Assembly: GCA_963823485.1 (NCBI GenBank)
Contig: CAWGLP010000006.1
Span: 12,204 to 76,203 of the forward strand
Length of the DNA stretch: 64,000 nt
Reading direction: 5' to 3'
Origin: an uncultured Alphaproteobacteria bacterium
GTDB taxonomy: Bacteria > Pseudomonadota > Alphaproteobacteria > Rhizobiales > Xanthobacteraceae
Shown: one piece after another, positions 12,190 through 22,662 of the stretch
Layout of the letters: each line of letters begins with the position of its first letter
Numbering within the stretch: position 1 is the first letter of the stretch
Translations under genes and position numbers: made by a program
The notes under the pieces: generated by a model
What the model was told of the DNA's origin: nothing
The model's database searches: none
What the model saw: only the letters and a program-made list of their open reading frames with translations

Positions 12190-13395
12190 ATGACCACCAT
12201 CGATCATCTCAATCCACCGACCGGGCACATGGCCGACAACGTGGTCGGCTTTGCCCGAGCGCTGCGCGCCGCCGGGATTCCGGTCGGCCCGGGCGCCGTG
12301 ATCGACGCGCTGAACGCGCTGCAGGTGATCGAGATCGGCAACCGCGGCGACGTCTACGCGACGCTGGAGGCGGTTTTCGTCAAGCGGCACGAGCACGCGC
12401 TGATCTTCGCGCAGGCCTTCGACCTGTTCTTCCGCGCCGCCGAAGACTGGAAGCACATGCTGGATTCGGTGCCGCTGCCGGATCATGCCAAGAAGAAGCC
12501 GCCGCCGGCCTCGCGTCGCGTCCAGGAGGCGATGGCGCAGCCGACCTCGCGCGAAGAGACGCCCCAGGTCCAGGAGCAGGAATTGCGGCTGTCGGTCTCC
12601 GACAAGGAGGTGCTGCAGAAAAAGGATTTTGCGCAGATGAGCGCGGCCGAGATCGCCGAGGTCACCCGTGCGATCGCCGACATGAAGTTGCCGCAAGCCG
12701 AATTGCGCACCCGCCGCTACCAGCCCGACGCCAAGGGCCTGCGGCTGGATATGCGGCGCACCCTGCGTAGCTCGTTGCGCACCGGTGGCGAGATCATCGA
12801 TATCCGAAAACTCGGCCGGATCGACAAGCCGGCGCCGATCGTGGCGCTGCTGGATATCTCCGGGTCGATGAGCGAGTATACCCGCCTGTTCCTGCATTTC
12901 CTCCATGCCATCACCGATGCGCGCAAGCGGGTCTCGGTGTTTCTGTTCGGCACCCGGCTGACCAACGTGACGCGGGCGCTGCGGGCGCGCGATCCCGACG
13001 AGGCGCTGGCGAGTTGTTCGTCGGCGGTGGAGGATTGGGCCGGCGGCACCCGCATCGCCACCTCGCTGCACAGCTTCAACAAATTGTGGGGCCGGCGGGT
13101 GCTGGGCCAGGGCGCCATCGTGCTCCTGATTTCCGACGGGCTGGAGCGGGAGGCCGACGACAAGCTGGCGTTCGAGATGGACCGGCTTCATAGGTCTTGC
13201 CGCCGCCTGATCTGGCTCAACCCGCTGTTGCGCTACGGCGGCTTCGAGGCCAAGGCGCAGGGCATCAAATTGATGCTGCCGCACGTTGACGAATTCCGCC
13301 CGGTACATAATTTGAGTTCCATGGAAGGGCTTATCAAGGCGCTTTCCGCGCCGCCCCCGCCACACCACATGAGCCGCATCCGCTCAGCAGCTTGA
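12190..13395 (+). CDS. coxE: VWA domain protein (CoxE-like)
   Basis: MIDAS motif DISGSM, WAGGTRI, ISDGLE and LIWLNP. Confidence 0.85.
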   Translation: MTTIDHLNPPTGHMADNVVGFARALRAAGIPVGPGAVIDALNALQVIEIGNRGDVYATLEAVFVKRHEHALIFAQAFDLFFRAAEDWKHMLDSVPLPDHAKKKPPPASRRVQEAMAQPTSREETPQVQEQELRLSVSDKEVLQKKDFAQMSAAEIAEVTRAIADMKLPQAELRTRRYQPDAKGLRLDMRRTLRSSLRTGGEIIDIRKLGRIDKPAPIVALLDISGSMSEYTRLFLHFLHAITDARKRVSVFLFGTRLTNVTRALRARDPDEALASCSSAVEDWAGGTRIATSLHSFNKLWGRRVLGQGAIVLLISDGLEREADDKLAFEMDRLHRSCRRLIWLNPLLRYGGFEAKAQGIKLMLPHVDEFRPVHNLSSMEGLIKALSAPPPPHHMSRIRSAA

Positions 13396-13406
13396 AAGGG
13401 CATCCC

Positions 13407-13736
13407 ATGCTCAACCGCGACGAGGACATCCTGCAGGCGGCCGAGAACTGGCAGAAGGCCGGCCACGGCGTGGCGCTGGCGACCGTGGTCGAGACCTGGG
13501 GCTCCGCCCCGAGGCCGGCCGGGTCGAGCCTGGTCATCAACGACGACGGCACGTTCCTGGGCTCCGTTTCCGGCGGCTGCGTCGAAGGCGCCGTCGTCAC
13601 CGAGGCGCTGGACGTGATCGCCAGCGGCAAGCCCAAAATGCTCGAATTCGGCGTTGCCGACGAGACCGCCTGGAATGTCGGCCTGTCATGCGGCGGCACC
13701 ATCCGCGTCTTTGTCGAGAAGGTCAGCCAGTCGTGA
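13407..13736 (+). CDS. XdhC/CoxF family, N-terminal domain
   Basis: ATVVETWGSAPRPAG, GSVSGGCVEG and GLSCGG motifs. Confidence 0.85.
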   Translation: MLNRDEDILQAAENWQKAGHGVALATVVETWGSAPRPAGSSLVINDDGTFLGSVSGGCVEGAVVTEALDVIASGKPKMLEFGVADETAWNVGLSCGGTIRVFVEKVSQS

Positions 13737-14437
13737 AGACAGAAACCCTGACAGAAGTGAATGCCGAGCGCGCCGCGCGCCGGCCGGTGATCGTGGTCAC
13801 TGATGTCGCCAATGGCGATCAGCGGCTGGTGAAGGCGAAGGATATCGGCGCCGATCCGCTGAGTGCCGAACTTTCAAAGCAGCTCCGCATGGGCAAGAGC
13901 GGCATGATCGAGAGCGGCGGCAAGAAGCTGTTCCTCAACGTCTACGCGCCGACCGCGAGGCTGGTGATTGTCGGCGCGGTTCATATCAGCCAGGCGCTGG
14001 CGCCGCTGGCGCGCTCGCTCGATTACGACGTGACGGTGGTCGATCCGCGCACCGCCTTTGCCAGCCCCGAGCGTTTTCCCGACGTGCCGCTGATCGCGGA
14101 ATGGCCCGACGTCGCGCTGCCGCCGCTCAACATCGATCATTACACCGCGTTCGTCGCGGTGACGCACGATCCCAAGATCGACGATCCCGCGCTGCTGCAT
14201 GCGTTTGCGCGCGACTGCTTCTATATCGGCGCGCTGGGCTCGCGAAAGACCCATGCCAAGCGCGCCGAGCGGCTGAAGGCGCAGGGCGCATCCGATGCCG
14301 ACATCGCGCGCATCCATGCACCGATCGGGCTTTCCATCGGCGCGGTATCGCCGTCGGAGATCGCGGTCTCGATCATGGCCCAGATTACCGCCGAACTGCG
14401 GCTCCCGAGGGAGACCGCGAAGGTGCAGGCGGCATGA
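13733..14437 (+). CDS. XdhC family, C-terminal Rossmann domain
   Basis: IVGAVHI, THDPKIDD, YIGALGSRKT and IHAPIGLSIG; GTG start overlaps the previous stop (GTGA). Confidence 0.85.
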   Translation: MKTETLTEVNAERAARRPVIVVTDVANGDQRLVKAKDIGADPLSAELSKQLRMGKSGMIESGGKKLFLNVYAPTARLVIVGAVHISQALAPLARSLDYDVTVVDPRTAFASPERFPDVPLIAEWPDVALPPLNIDHYTAFVAVTHDPKIDDPALLHAFARDCFYIGALGSRKTHAKRAERLKAQGASDADIARIHAPIGLSIGAVSPSEIAVSIMAQITAELRLPRETAKVQAA

Positions 14438-16038
14438 AGTTCGGTCCCGCCAGTCCGGCCGACGCGATTGGCGGCGTCACCGTGCATACGCTGCGGCAAG
14501 GCGCGCTGGTGTTGAAGAAGGGCACCACGATCGGGCCCGCTGAGGTCGCGGCGCTCGACAGAGCGGGCGTCAAGGAAATCGTCGTGGTGCGGCTGGAAGA
14601 GGGCGACGTCTCCGAGGACGTGGCTGCCGCCAGCATTGCGCAGGCGGTTGCGGGCGACGGCGTCAATGTCGAACGCGCCTTTACCGGCCGCGCCAATCTG
14701 TTCGCAGCCCGAGCCGGCGTGCTGGTGGTGGACCGATCAGCGGTCGACCGCATCAACGGCGTCGATGAAGCCATCACCTTTGCGACGCTCGCCGCCTTCA
14801 AGCCTGTTGTCGAAGGCGAGATGATTGCGACCGTCAAGCTCATTCCGTTCGGCGTCGAGGCGAAGCTGCGTGATGCGGCCGTGGCCGTCGCCGGCGAGGG
14901 CGCGCTGCGGATCGCGCCTTACGTGATCAAGCGCGTCGGCGTCGTCTCCACCTTGCTGCCGGGGCTTGCGCCGAAGGTGATCGACAAGACGCTGCGCGTG
15001 ACGGCGGAACGGCTGGCGCCGGCGGGCGCGACCATCATCGCCGAGCGGCGCGTGCCGCATGATGAAGCCGTGCTGGCTTCCTCGATCAAGGAATTGCTCG
15101 GGCTCGGCGCCGAACTCGTGATCGTGTTCGGTGCCTCCGCGATTGCCGACCGCCGCGACGTGATCCCGGCCGCCATCACCGAGATCGGCGGCAGGATCGA
15201 GCATTTCGGCATGCCGGTCGATCCCGGCAATCTGTTGCTGATCGGCAGCGCCGGCGGCGTGCCGGTGCTGGGTGCGCCGGGCTGCGCGCGCTCGCCGGTC
15301 GAGAACGGGTTTGACTGGGTGCTGATGCGGCTGCTCGCCGGGCTGAAGGTGACGCGCACCGAGCTCACCGGCATGGGCGTCGGCGGCCTGCTGATGGAGA
15401 TCGTGACGAGGCCGCAGCCGCGCACCGTTGCCGACATCGAGGCCAACCGCAACGTCGTCGCCATCGTGCTCGCCGCCGGACGTTCGACGCGAATGGGCGG
15501 ACCCAACAAGCTGCTCGCCGAAATCGACGGCAGGAAGCTGGTGCGGATCGTGGCCGAGCAGGCGCTGGCCTCGAAAGCAACCGGCGTGATCGTCGTCACC
15601 GGCCATCAGGCCGAACTGGTCGAGCAGGCGCTGGCGGGTCTCGACGTCAAATTCGTCCGCAACCCCGATTTCGCCGGCGGCCTCGCATCCTCGGTCAAGG
15701 CCGGTATCGGCGCGGTGCCCGAGAATGCCGACGGCGCGATCGTCTGCCTCGGCGACATGCCGCTGATCGATGCCAAACTGATCGACCAGTTGATCGAGAC
15801 GTTTGCGCCGGATCGCGGCCATCTGATCGCAGTCCCCGTCAGCGACGGCCGCCGCGGCAATCCGGTGCTGTGGTCACGGCGCTTCTTCAGGGAACTGATG
15901 ACGCTCGATGGCGATGTCGGCGCCCGCCATCTGATCGCCAAGCATGCGGAGGCGGTCGCCGAAGTGCCGGTCGAGGGCCCGAGCGCCTTTCTCGACATCG
16001 ACACGCCGCAGGCATTGGAAGCCGCGCGGGGCGGGTAG
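14434..16038 (+). CDS. MoeA-like molybdopterin-binding domain fused to a MocA-like nucleotidyltransferase
   Basis: GMPVDPGNL and GAPGCARSP in the N-terminal half; VLAAGRSTRMGGPNKLL, CLGDMP and DIDTP in the C-terminal half; ATGA coupling. Confidence 0.85.
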   Translation: MKFGPASPADAIGGVTVHTLRQGALVLKKGTTIGPAEVAALDRAGVKEIVVVRLEEGDVSEDVAAASIAQAVAGDGVNVERAFTGRANLFAARAGVLVVDRSAVDRINGVDEAITFATLAAFKPVVEGEMIATVKLIPFGVEAKLRDAAVAVAGEGALRIAPYVIKRVGVVSTLLPGLAPKVIDKTLRVTAERLAPAGATIIAERRVPHDEAVLASSIKELLGLGAELVIVFGASAIADRRDVIPAAITEIGGRIEHFGMPVDPGNLLLIGSAGGVPVLGAPGCARSPVENGFDWVLMRLLAGLKVTRTELTGMGVGGLLMEIVTRPQPRTVADIEANRNVVAIVLAAGRSTRMGGPNKLLAEIDGRKLVRIVAEQALASKATGVIVVTGHQAELVEQALAGLDVKFVRNPDFAGGLASSVKAGIGAVPENADGAIVCLGDMPLIDAKLIDQLIETFAPDRGHLIAVPVSDGRRGNPVLWSRRFFRELMTLDGDVGARHLIAKHAEAVAEVPVEGPSAFLDIDTPQALEAARGG

Positions 16039-16115
16039 GCGTGCACCTTTTTCCATTCACCAAGTTGAAACTCCCCGCGGCTAGATTCGCCGCCGTTACC
16101 TCGGGGGAGAGGCTT

Positions 16116-16508
16116 TTGATCGTTTCGACCGTCGCGGCGCAACGCCGCACGTTGTTCATTGTCGCGTTGACGCTGCTATTGGGCATCGCGGGCTTCATCA
16201 CCAGGGCATCGGCGGCGGGCGCGATCGCGGTCGGCAAATGCGGCGCCTATGGCCAGGCCTTCGACTACCCGGCCGAAGCTGCGGCGCGCGCCGCCGCGCT
16301 CAGGCAATGCAAGGGCAGTTGCACCGCGGTCACCATGAAGCGCGCCTGCGCGGCGCTCGCCGTCGACATGGCCAATCCCTGCGGCCCCCATGGTTATGCG
16401 GTGAAGCCCAGGATTTCGAGTTCGCTCAACGCCGCCACAAAGAAGTGTTATGAGTTCGGCGGCAAGGAATGCGTGATCCGGGCCTGGGCCTGCGACGCCA
16501 AGGGATAG
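16116..16508 (+). CDS. Secreted Cys-rich DUF4189-like protein
   Basis: Signal peptide, GAIA, ALRQC, CAALA and C-terminal WACD pattern; TTG start behind GGAGAG. Confidence 0.65.
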   Translation: MIVSTVAAQRRTLFIVALTLLLGIAGFITRASAAGAIAVGKCGAYGQAFDYPAEAAARAAALRQCKGSCTAVTMKRACAALAVDMANPCGPHGYAVKPRISSSLNAATKKCYEFGGKECVIRAWACDAKG

Positions 16509-16642
16509 CGCGGAACCCGTCCGCAAACAGAGCCCGTCATCGCGCGCTCGTTCATATGGCGCGTTACCTCCTGCGGGCTAATGGCTGGCATTCCTGACAT
16601 CCAGCGCGTATAATTTCATCAGCATTTCTTACGGCAGTCTGG

Positions 16643-17260
16643 ATGTCCAACCTCGCATTCAAATGCAGTCTCGCGACCATGCTGCTGGCGTTTGGTCTGG
16701 GCGCCCCAGCCGCGATCGCCCAGGTCGCACCCGTGCGATATTGGATCCCGGGCGGGCCGTTCGGCTTCGGCGGCGGTTCGACCGAAGGCGAAAGCCCGGA
16801 TACCTACGGCAACTTTCCGACCTTCGATGCCGGCGGCAGCAGCTTTTCGCAAAGTCGCTATCAGTTCCCGAACGGCATGTTCGTCAGCGGCGAACGAGGC
16901 GCGGTCGGCTGGAACGGCGTTGGCCGCGCTGGCGCATTCTCCAATTTCGGCGGGCTCTCCTATGAAGGCATGCAGTTCGGCTACGCCTTCAAGGGCGTGG
17001 GCGGGTTGCCGGTCACGGTCTTTGCCGGTTTCGACACGCTGAAATACAATCCCGCCTCGGTCGGCCCCCTCGCTCCCTTCGGCATGAACTCCGGGCCGGG
17101 CTATAGCCTGAATGCGGGTGTGGAATTCAAACCGACTTCCAATCTCAGCCTGTCATTGGGGGTCGGTTACACCCAGCAGCAGTCGGGGCGAATCGACAGC
17201 GACATCAACTCGCCCTTGCTGCCCGGTCAGTCCCCGATTTTCATCGACGGCCGCCGCTAG
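16643..17260 (+). CDS. Exported Gly/Phe-rich protein, possibly a small outer-membrane beta-barrel
   Basis: Signal peptide and amphipathic strands such as AGVEFKPTSNLSLSLGVGYTQ. Confidence 0.55.
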   Translation: MSNLAFKCSLATMLLAFGLGAPAAIAQVAPVRYWIPGGPFGFGGGSTEGESPDTYGNFPTFDAGGSSFSQSRYQFPNGMFVSGERGAVGWNGVGRAGAFSNFGGLSYEGMQFGYAFKGVGGLPVTVFAGFDTLKYNPASVGPLAPFGMNSGPGYSLNAGVEFKPTSNLSLSLGVGYTQQQSGRIDSDINSPLLPGQSPIFIDGRR

Positions 17261-17270
17261 GGCTTGCTGC

Positions 17271-17681
17271 ATGCAATTCGATACCAAGATCGCGGTCGTG
17301 ATCCGCACCGACCTCGAAGCGTGGCAAAAGCTCAACGTCGCTTCGTTCCTCGCCGGTGGCATCGCCGCCGCCTTTCCCGAATCGATCGGCGAGCCCTATG
17401 GCGATGGCTCCGGCACGAAATATCTGTCGCTGATCGGCCAGCCGATCCTGATCTACGGTGCCGAGCGGCCGGCGCTATCCCGCGCGCTTGAGCGCGCGCT
17501 CGCCCGCAACGTCACGCCCGCGGTCTATACCGAGGACATGTTCAAGACCACGCATGACGCCGCCAACCGCGAGGTGGTGAAGGCGGTGATCCGCGCCGAA
17601 CTCAATCTCGTGGGCCTTGCGATGCGCGCCGAGCGCAAGGTGATCGACAAGATCGTCGACGGGCTGAAGTTTCACAGCTAG
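17271..17681 (+). CDS. DUF2000 family protein
   Basis: KIAVVIRTDLEAWQKLNVASFLAGG, YTEDMFKT and HDAANR motifs. Confidence 0.75.
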   Translation: MQFDTKIAVVIRTDLEAWQKLNVASFLAGGIAAAFPESIGEPYGDGSGTKYLSLIGQPILIYGAERPALSRALERALARNVTPAVYTEDMFKTTHDAANREVVKAVIRAELNLVGLAMRAERKVIDKIVDGLKFHS

Positions 17682-17799
17682 CTCGATAGCCGAGCGCGGC
17701 CTTGCGGCAGGTGCGCGAAGGGCAAATACTCCCGTCTGCCGGATTTCCGAGGGGAAGTTCGGCCAAGAGGCCCTGTAACGGGTGACAAGGGAGCGAAAC

Positions 17800-19110
17800 A
17801 TGACACGGGAGTCCGCGAGCAATGCGGCCGACGGCGGTCGTCTTGACACCAGCCGGCGGCGATTTTTGGGAAGTACGGGTTTGGCGGCGATCGGCGTCGT
17901 GATCGGCGGCGCGCTGCCGCTCGATCGAAACGGTACCGGCATTCCGCGGGCCCATGCGCAGGCGGCTCCAACCGCCGCGCCACCGCCAGCCGCCGCGGCC
18001 AAGGGACCGCAGCTTCTGAAATTCCCCGGCAAGAACGAAGGGCTCGTCGTGCTCGGCGAGCGGCCGCTGGTCGCCGAGACGCCGGAGAGCCTGCTCGACG
18101 ACGACACCACGCCGATCGAGAAATTCTACATCCGCAACAACGGCCAGATTCCCGAGGAAACCAAGGACCCCGACGCCTGGAAGATCACCATCGACGGCGA
18201 GGTCAACACCAAGCTCGAGATCACGCTCGGCGAACTGAAATCGAAATACAAGGCGGTGACGCGGCGCATGGTGCTGGAGTGCGGCGGCAACGGCCGCGCC
18301 GCGTTCTCGCCGCCGGCGCGCGGCAATCAGTGGACCAATGGCGGAGCCGGCTGCGCGGAATGGACCGGCGTGCCGCTCGCCGATCTGCTCAGGAAGGCCG
18401 GGCTGAAGCCATCAGCGAAATACACCGCGCATTATGCGGCCGATCTGCATCTGTCGGGTGACGCCACCAAGCCGCCGATCTCGCGTGGCGTGCGCATCGA
18501 AAAGGCGATGGACCCGAACACGCTGATCGTGTGGGCGATGAACGGCAAGCCGCTGCCGAACATCCATGGCGGGCCGGTGCGCCTGATCGTGCCGGGCTGG
18601 GCGGGCTCGGCGTCGCAGAAATGGCTGACGCGCATCACGATCCGCGACCGGGAGCATGACGGCCCCGGCATGACCGAGTTTTCCTATCGCGTCGCCATCA
18701 AGCCGATGGTGCCCGGCGGCAAGGCCGATCCGGCGAACTTCCGCATCCTGGAATCGATGCCGGTGCGCTCGATCATCAGCAATCCTGCCAACGGCGCCAA
18801 ATTCGCCGCCGGCACCAAAGAACTGAAGCTGCGCGGCGCGTCCTGGGCCGGCGATCTCGCGGTGAAGCAGGTCGATGTCTCGACCGATTTCGGCGCGAGC
18901 TGGCAGCGGGTCAACCTCGAAAAGCCGAAGAACAAGTATGACTGGCAGCGCTGGACGGCGACGGTGAAGCTGCCGACCGACGGCTATTTCGAGATCTGGG
19001 CCCGCGCCACCGATTCAAAGGGCGCCATGCAGCCGCACCAGGCCGGCTTCTGGAATCCGCAAGGCTATGGCGGCAACGCCATGCACCGCATTGCCGTGCT
19101 GGTGGGCTGA
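17800..19110 (+). CDS. Tat-exported sulfite oxidase-family molybdoenzyme (SorT-like sulfite dehydrogenase)
   Basis: Tat motif SRRRFL, FYIRNNG, Mo-ligand LECGGNGR, HGGPVRLIVPGW, KWL and WNPQGY. Confidence 0.85.
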   Translation: MTRESASNAADGGRLDTSRRRFLGSTGLAAIGVVIGGALPLDRNGTGIPRAHAQAAPTAAPPPAAAAKGPQLLKFPGKNEGLVVLGERPLVAETPESLLDDDTTPIEKFYIRNNGQIPEETKDPDAWKITIDGEVNTKLEITLGELKSKYKAVTRRMVLECGGNGRAAFSPPARGNQWTNGGAGCAEWTGVPLADLLRKAGLKPSAKYTAHYAADLHLSGDATKPPISRGVRIEKAMDPNTLIVWAMNGKPLPNIHGGPVRLIVPGWAGSASQKWLTRITIRDREHDGPGMTEFSYRVAIKPMVPGGKADPANFRILESMPVRSIISNPANGAKFAAGTKELKLRGASWAGDLAVKQVDVSTDFGASWQRVNLEKPKNKYDWQRWTATVKLPTDGYFEIWARATDSKGAMQPHQAGFWNPQGYGGNAMHRIAVLVG

Positions 19111-19457
19111 TGCGGCATCTCGCGTGGGGAGCATTGGCCGGCTTGTTGTGGGTTGCGCCGGCGGCAGCGCAATCCACCTTCACCCCGCGCGACGAAAGCC
19201 CGGAGGAGTTCGCCGCCGGCGCCGGCCGTGACGAAACCTTCTATGCCTGCACCGCGTGCCATGGCTTCCGGCTGGTGGCGCAGCAGGGCATGACGCGCGC
19301 GCAGTGGGAGGACTCCATCAACCTGATGATCCGCCGCCACAACATGCCGCCGCTCGAGGACAAGGATCGGGAAAGGGTGCTGAACTATCTCGAGGCCGCC
19401 TATCCGCCGCGCGCGCCGGCGGGCCGGGGAGGCTGGGTCAACCCGTTTGCAAAATGA
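19110..19457 (+). CDS. Monoheme cytochrome c (SorU-like electron acceptor)
   Basis: Signal peptide, CTACH heme motif and HNMP axial Met; translationally coupled to the upstream gene. Confidence 0.8.
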   Translation: MRHLAWGALAGLLWVAPAAAQSTFTPRDESPEEFAAGAGRDETFYACTACHGFRLVAQQGMTRAQWEDSINLMIRRHNMPPLEDKDRERVLNYLEAAYPPRAPAGRGGWVNPFAK

Positions 19458-19592
19458 GTCCTAAATACCGGTCAGGCCATCGGTAACAGTGCTTCCACGC
19501 ACACCTGGAAGTTGGGTATACAGGGGCCAACTGGCCCCGGAAGGCGTCTGGCTCCGGGGCCAATGGTTTTTCAATCAGGGAGTGAACACATT

Positions 19593-20681
19593 ATGAAACG
19601 CCGTACGTTCCTCAAGGGCAGCGCCGTGGCCGGCGCGACGTCGCTGGTTGCGGCACCTGCGATCGCGCAAAGCTCGCCCGAGATCAAGTGGCGCCTGACC
19701 TCGAGCTTTCCGAAGTCGCTGGAGACCATCTACGGCACGGCGCAGACCTTCTCCAAATACGTGGCTGATGCCACCGACAACAAGTTTCAGATCCAGACCT
19801 TTGCGGCGGGCGAGATCGTGCCCGGCCTGCAGGCGCTCGATGCGGTGAGCACCGCGACCGTCGAGATGGCGCAGACGCCGCTCTATTTCTACATCGGCAA
19901 GGAGCCGGCGCTGGCCTACGCGACCGGCGCGCCATTCGGCATGAACCATCGCCATCAGCATTCGTGGTGGACGTTCGGCGGCGGCGCCGAACTCTGCAAC
20001 GAAGCACTGAAGCCGTTCAAGGTGCACGCCATCCTCGCCGGCAATTCCGGCACGCAGATGGGCGGCTGGTTCCGCAAGGAGATCAAGACGGTCGAGGATC
20101 TGCAGGGCCTCAAGTTCCGCATCGCGGGCATGGGCGGCCACGTGCTCGCCAAGCTCGGCATCGTGCCGCAGCAGATCGCGGGTGGTGACGTCTATTCGGC
20201 GCTGGAGAAGGGCTCGATCGATGCCGCGGAGTTCGTCGGTCCCTATGACGACGAGAAACTCGGCTTCTACAAGGTGGCGAAGTACTACTACTTCCCCGGC
20301 TGGTGGGAAGGCGGCGCGATGCTGCACATGATCGTCAACGACGAGAAGTGGAATTCATTGCCGAAGCAGTACCAGGCGATCGTCAACCAGGCTGGTGCAG
20401 CGGCCGGCGCGTGGATGATCGAGAAATATGACAGCGTCAATCCGGCGGCCCTGAAGCGGCTGGTCGCCGGCGGGGCGGAGCTGCGCGCGTTCCCGCAGCC
20501 GGTGATGGAGGCCTGCTACAAGGCGACGCAGGAGCACCTGAACGAGATCGCCGGGAAGAGCCCGCTGTTCAAGAAGACCAAGGAAAGCCACGACGCGTAT
20601 ATGAAGGAAGTGCTGTTCTATACGCAGATCGCGGAAAACTATTACGACAATTACCTGCTCGGCAAAATGCGCAAGGGCTGA
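19593..20681 (+). CDS. TRAP transporter substrate-binding protein (DctP/TakP-like), Tat signal
   Basis: MKRRTFL, KWRLTSSFPKSL, QMGGWFRKEI and ALEKGSIDAAEFVGPYDD. Confidence 0.88.
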   Translation: MKRRTFLKGSAVAGATSLVAAPAIAQSSPEIKWRLTSSFPKSLETIYGTAQTFSKYVADATDNKFQIQTFAAGEIVPGLQALDAVSTATVEMAQTPLYFYIGKEPALAYATGAPFGMNHRHQHSWWTFGGGAELCNEALKPFKVHAILAGNSGTQMGGWFRKEIKTVEDLQGLKFRIAGMGGHVLAKLGIVPQQIAGGDVYSALEKGSIDAAEFVGPYDDEKLGFYKVAKYYYFPGWWEGGAMLHMIVNDEKWNSLPKQYQAIVNQAGAAAGAWMIEKYDSVNPAALKRLVAGGAELRAFPQPVMEACYKATQEHLNEIAGKSPLFKKTKESHDAYMKEVLFYTQIAENYYDNYLLGKMRKG

Positions 20682-20778
20682 GCGGGCGATCGGACGGGCC
20701 GGAAGGCATGTTGACCCGGGATCAGCATGCCTTCCACGCCGCCGAGGCGTTCAGCCGGAGTCGCGGGGCAGGTGCAAT

Positions 20779-21408
20779 CTACGCACTGCGACCTGGCGGG
20801 AGAACGACGACGATCGCGCCCGGCTTGACCCGGTTCACGAGATCGATGACATCCTCGTTGGTCATGCGGATGCAGCCCGACGAGATGGCCTGACCGATAT
20901 ATTCCGGCTGGTTGGTGCCGTGGATGCGGTAAAGCGTGTCCTTGTTACCCTCGTACAGGTAGAGCGCCCGGGCTCCGAGCGGATTGGCCGGCCCTCCGGC
21001 GACGCGCTTCGGGTAGGGGCCGAGCCGGGCCTGGATCTCCGCGGTCGGAATCCAGTCCGGCCATTCAGCCGTACGGCCCACCGTGGCGACGCCGGACCAG
21101 GCCAGCGCTTCCTCTCCCACCGTCACGCCGTAGCGGACGGCCTTGCCGCCCGGCAGGACGTAATAGAGATAGCGCGCGTTGGTATCGACAAGGATCGTGC
21201 CCGGCTGCTCTTTGCGCGAGTAGTCGACAATATGCCGGCGATAGGTCTCGGGAATGCTCGCCCGTGCATAAGGCGGATTGGCGAGCAGTTGCCGGTCTCT
21301 CGCGGTCAAATTAGTATTGGAAGTTGGAGCCAGCGTCGCCTGCATGCAGCCGCCGAGCGCCACCAATCCGAGCAATCCCACAGGTAACGCCAGTCTGGAC
21401 TTCGGCAT
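20779..21408 (-). CDS. L,D-transpeptidase (YkuD family) lipoprotein
   Basis: Lipobox LGGC, NPLGARALYL and catalytic RIHGTN...SSGCIRM. Confidence 0.9.
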   Translation of the reverse strand: MPKSRLALPVGLLGLVALGGCMQATLAPTSNTNLTARDRQLLANPPYARASIPETYRRHIVDYSRKEQPGTILVDTNARYLYYVLPGGKAVRYGVTVGEEALAWSGVATVGRTAEWPDWIPTAEIQARLGPYPKRVAGGPANPLGARALYLYEGNKDTLYRIHGTNQPEYIGQAISSGCIRMTNEDVIDLVNRVKPGAIVVVLPPGRSA

Positions 21409-21562
21409 CGGCCAGTCCCCCAAAGCGCGATTGGTCCATTTGCTGCTCAAATAGTGCAGAAATAAAGGCATTGTTGGGAGAGAATTCGGCGCCTGCGGAC
21501 GCCGCTGCCCGCCGCTTGATCGTTCGAGATCCGGCCCGATCTGTGAGCCCTTTACCGATGCA

Positions 21563-22591
21563 TCACTTCAGCGTATCGCGCCGCAGCTTGCCGGCGTGCT
21601 CCGCCCGGATCGGGCCGAACGGCCCAAAGGTGTGTTGCTGCTGATCGAAGCCGTCGGCATAGGGCCCGTAGGGCGCATCGATCGGCTTGCTCATGAGGTC
21701 GGGAAAATCCTTGTCGAGGCCGGCTTTGGTCGGGCGCGGCTGCGAGATCATGTAGGCCGCGACATCCCATGCCTGCTCGACCGTGAGCTGCGGATCAAAA
21801 TAGTCCGTGCCATGCGGCATGTTGAAGTGCACGAAGTTCGCCGCGGTGATCAGCCGGGCCATGCCGGCGCCGTTGTTGAAACTGTCGGAGCCCCACAGCG
21901 GCGGCACCATGTAGCCGAGGTCGGTGGTCGGCAGGCTGCGGCGGATGCCGGAGCCGTCGGTATTGTGGCAGGACAGGCAGGCGCTGGCGTAGATCGCCTT
22001 GCCGCGAACCGGATCGGCCGCGCGAGCGAGCTCGGGCATCGAGCCGGCGCCAAGTCCCGGCAGCACCTTGCCCGCCGGAACGCCGGAAGACAGGAATTTG
22101 ATATAGGCCACCATGGCCTTCATCTCCGGACTGTCTGTCGGCAGTGCGCGGCCATTCATGCTGCGCGACATGCACGCATTCACGCGATCCTCGATGGTGA
22201 TTTCCGCGCCCAGCCGGGCGCTGTATTGCGGAAACAGCTCGACCAGTCCGAAGATCGGCAGGCCGAATTTCTTGGTGCCGGCGTCGAGATGACAGTTGCT
22301 GCAGGCGAGGTTGTTGCCGGCAAAGCGCTTCGCTGGATCCGGCACCTCGGGTCCGATATGGGCGTAGGTCGCGGTGATGAGGTCGCGTCCGCGCCGCACC
22401 AGCCGGCCATGATCGTCCTCGGGCAACGCGCCGACTTCCGGCACCGTCCAGACGGGCGGAGCGGCCGTTTGTGCGCGAGCTGCGCCGATGATAGCTGCTC
22501 CGATGATGACGGCCGCAACCACGCGCATGGTCCTGGAGGCGACGAGTACGAACGTGCCGAGAAAAATCATCAATCTCTTGAACACCGGCAT
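21563..22591 (-). CDS. tsdA: Diheme cytochrome c thiosulfate dehydrogenase / tetrathionate reductase
   Basis: CSNCH and CLSCH heme motifs, RVNACMSRSMNG with the active-site Cys, PPLWGSDSFNNGAGM and NMP. Start codon uncertain. Confidence 0.8.
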   Translation of the reverse strand: MPVFKRLMIFLGTFVLVASRTMRVVAAVIIGAAIIGAARAQTAAPPVWTVPEVGALPEDDHGRLVRRGRDLITATYAHIGPEVPDPAKRFAGNNLACSNCHLDAGTKKFGLPIFGLVELFPQYSARLGAEITIEDRVNACMSRSMNGRALPTDSPEMKAMVAYIKFLSSGVPAGKVLPGLGAGSMPELARAADPVRGKAIYASACLSCHNTDGSGIRRSLPTTDLGYMVPPLWGSDSFNNGAGMARLITAANFVHFNMPHGTDYFDPQLTVEQAWDVAAYMISQPRPTKAGLDKDFPDLMSKPIDAPYGPYADGFDQQQHTFGPFGPIRAEHAGKLRRDTLK

Positions 22592-22662
22592 TGGGCCTTT
22601 CAGATGGGGCGAACCCCCATCTTATCCGCCGTCCGGGGTTAACGCCGGGTTCAGTGTCGGCG

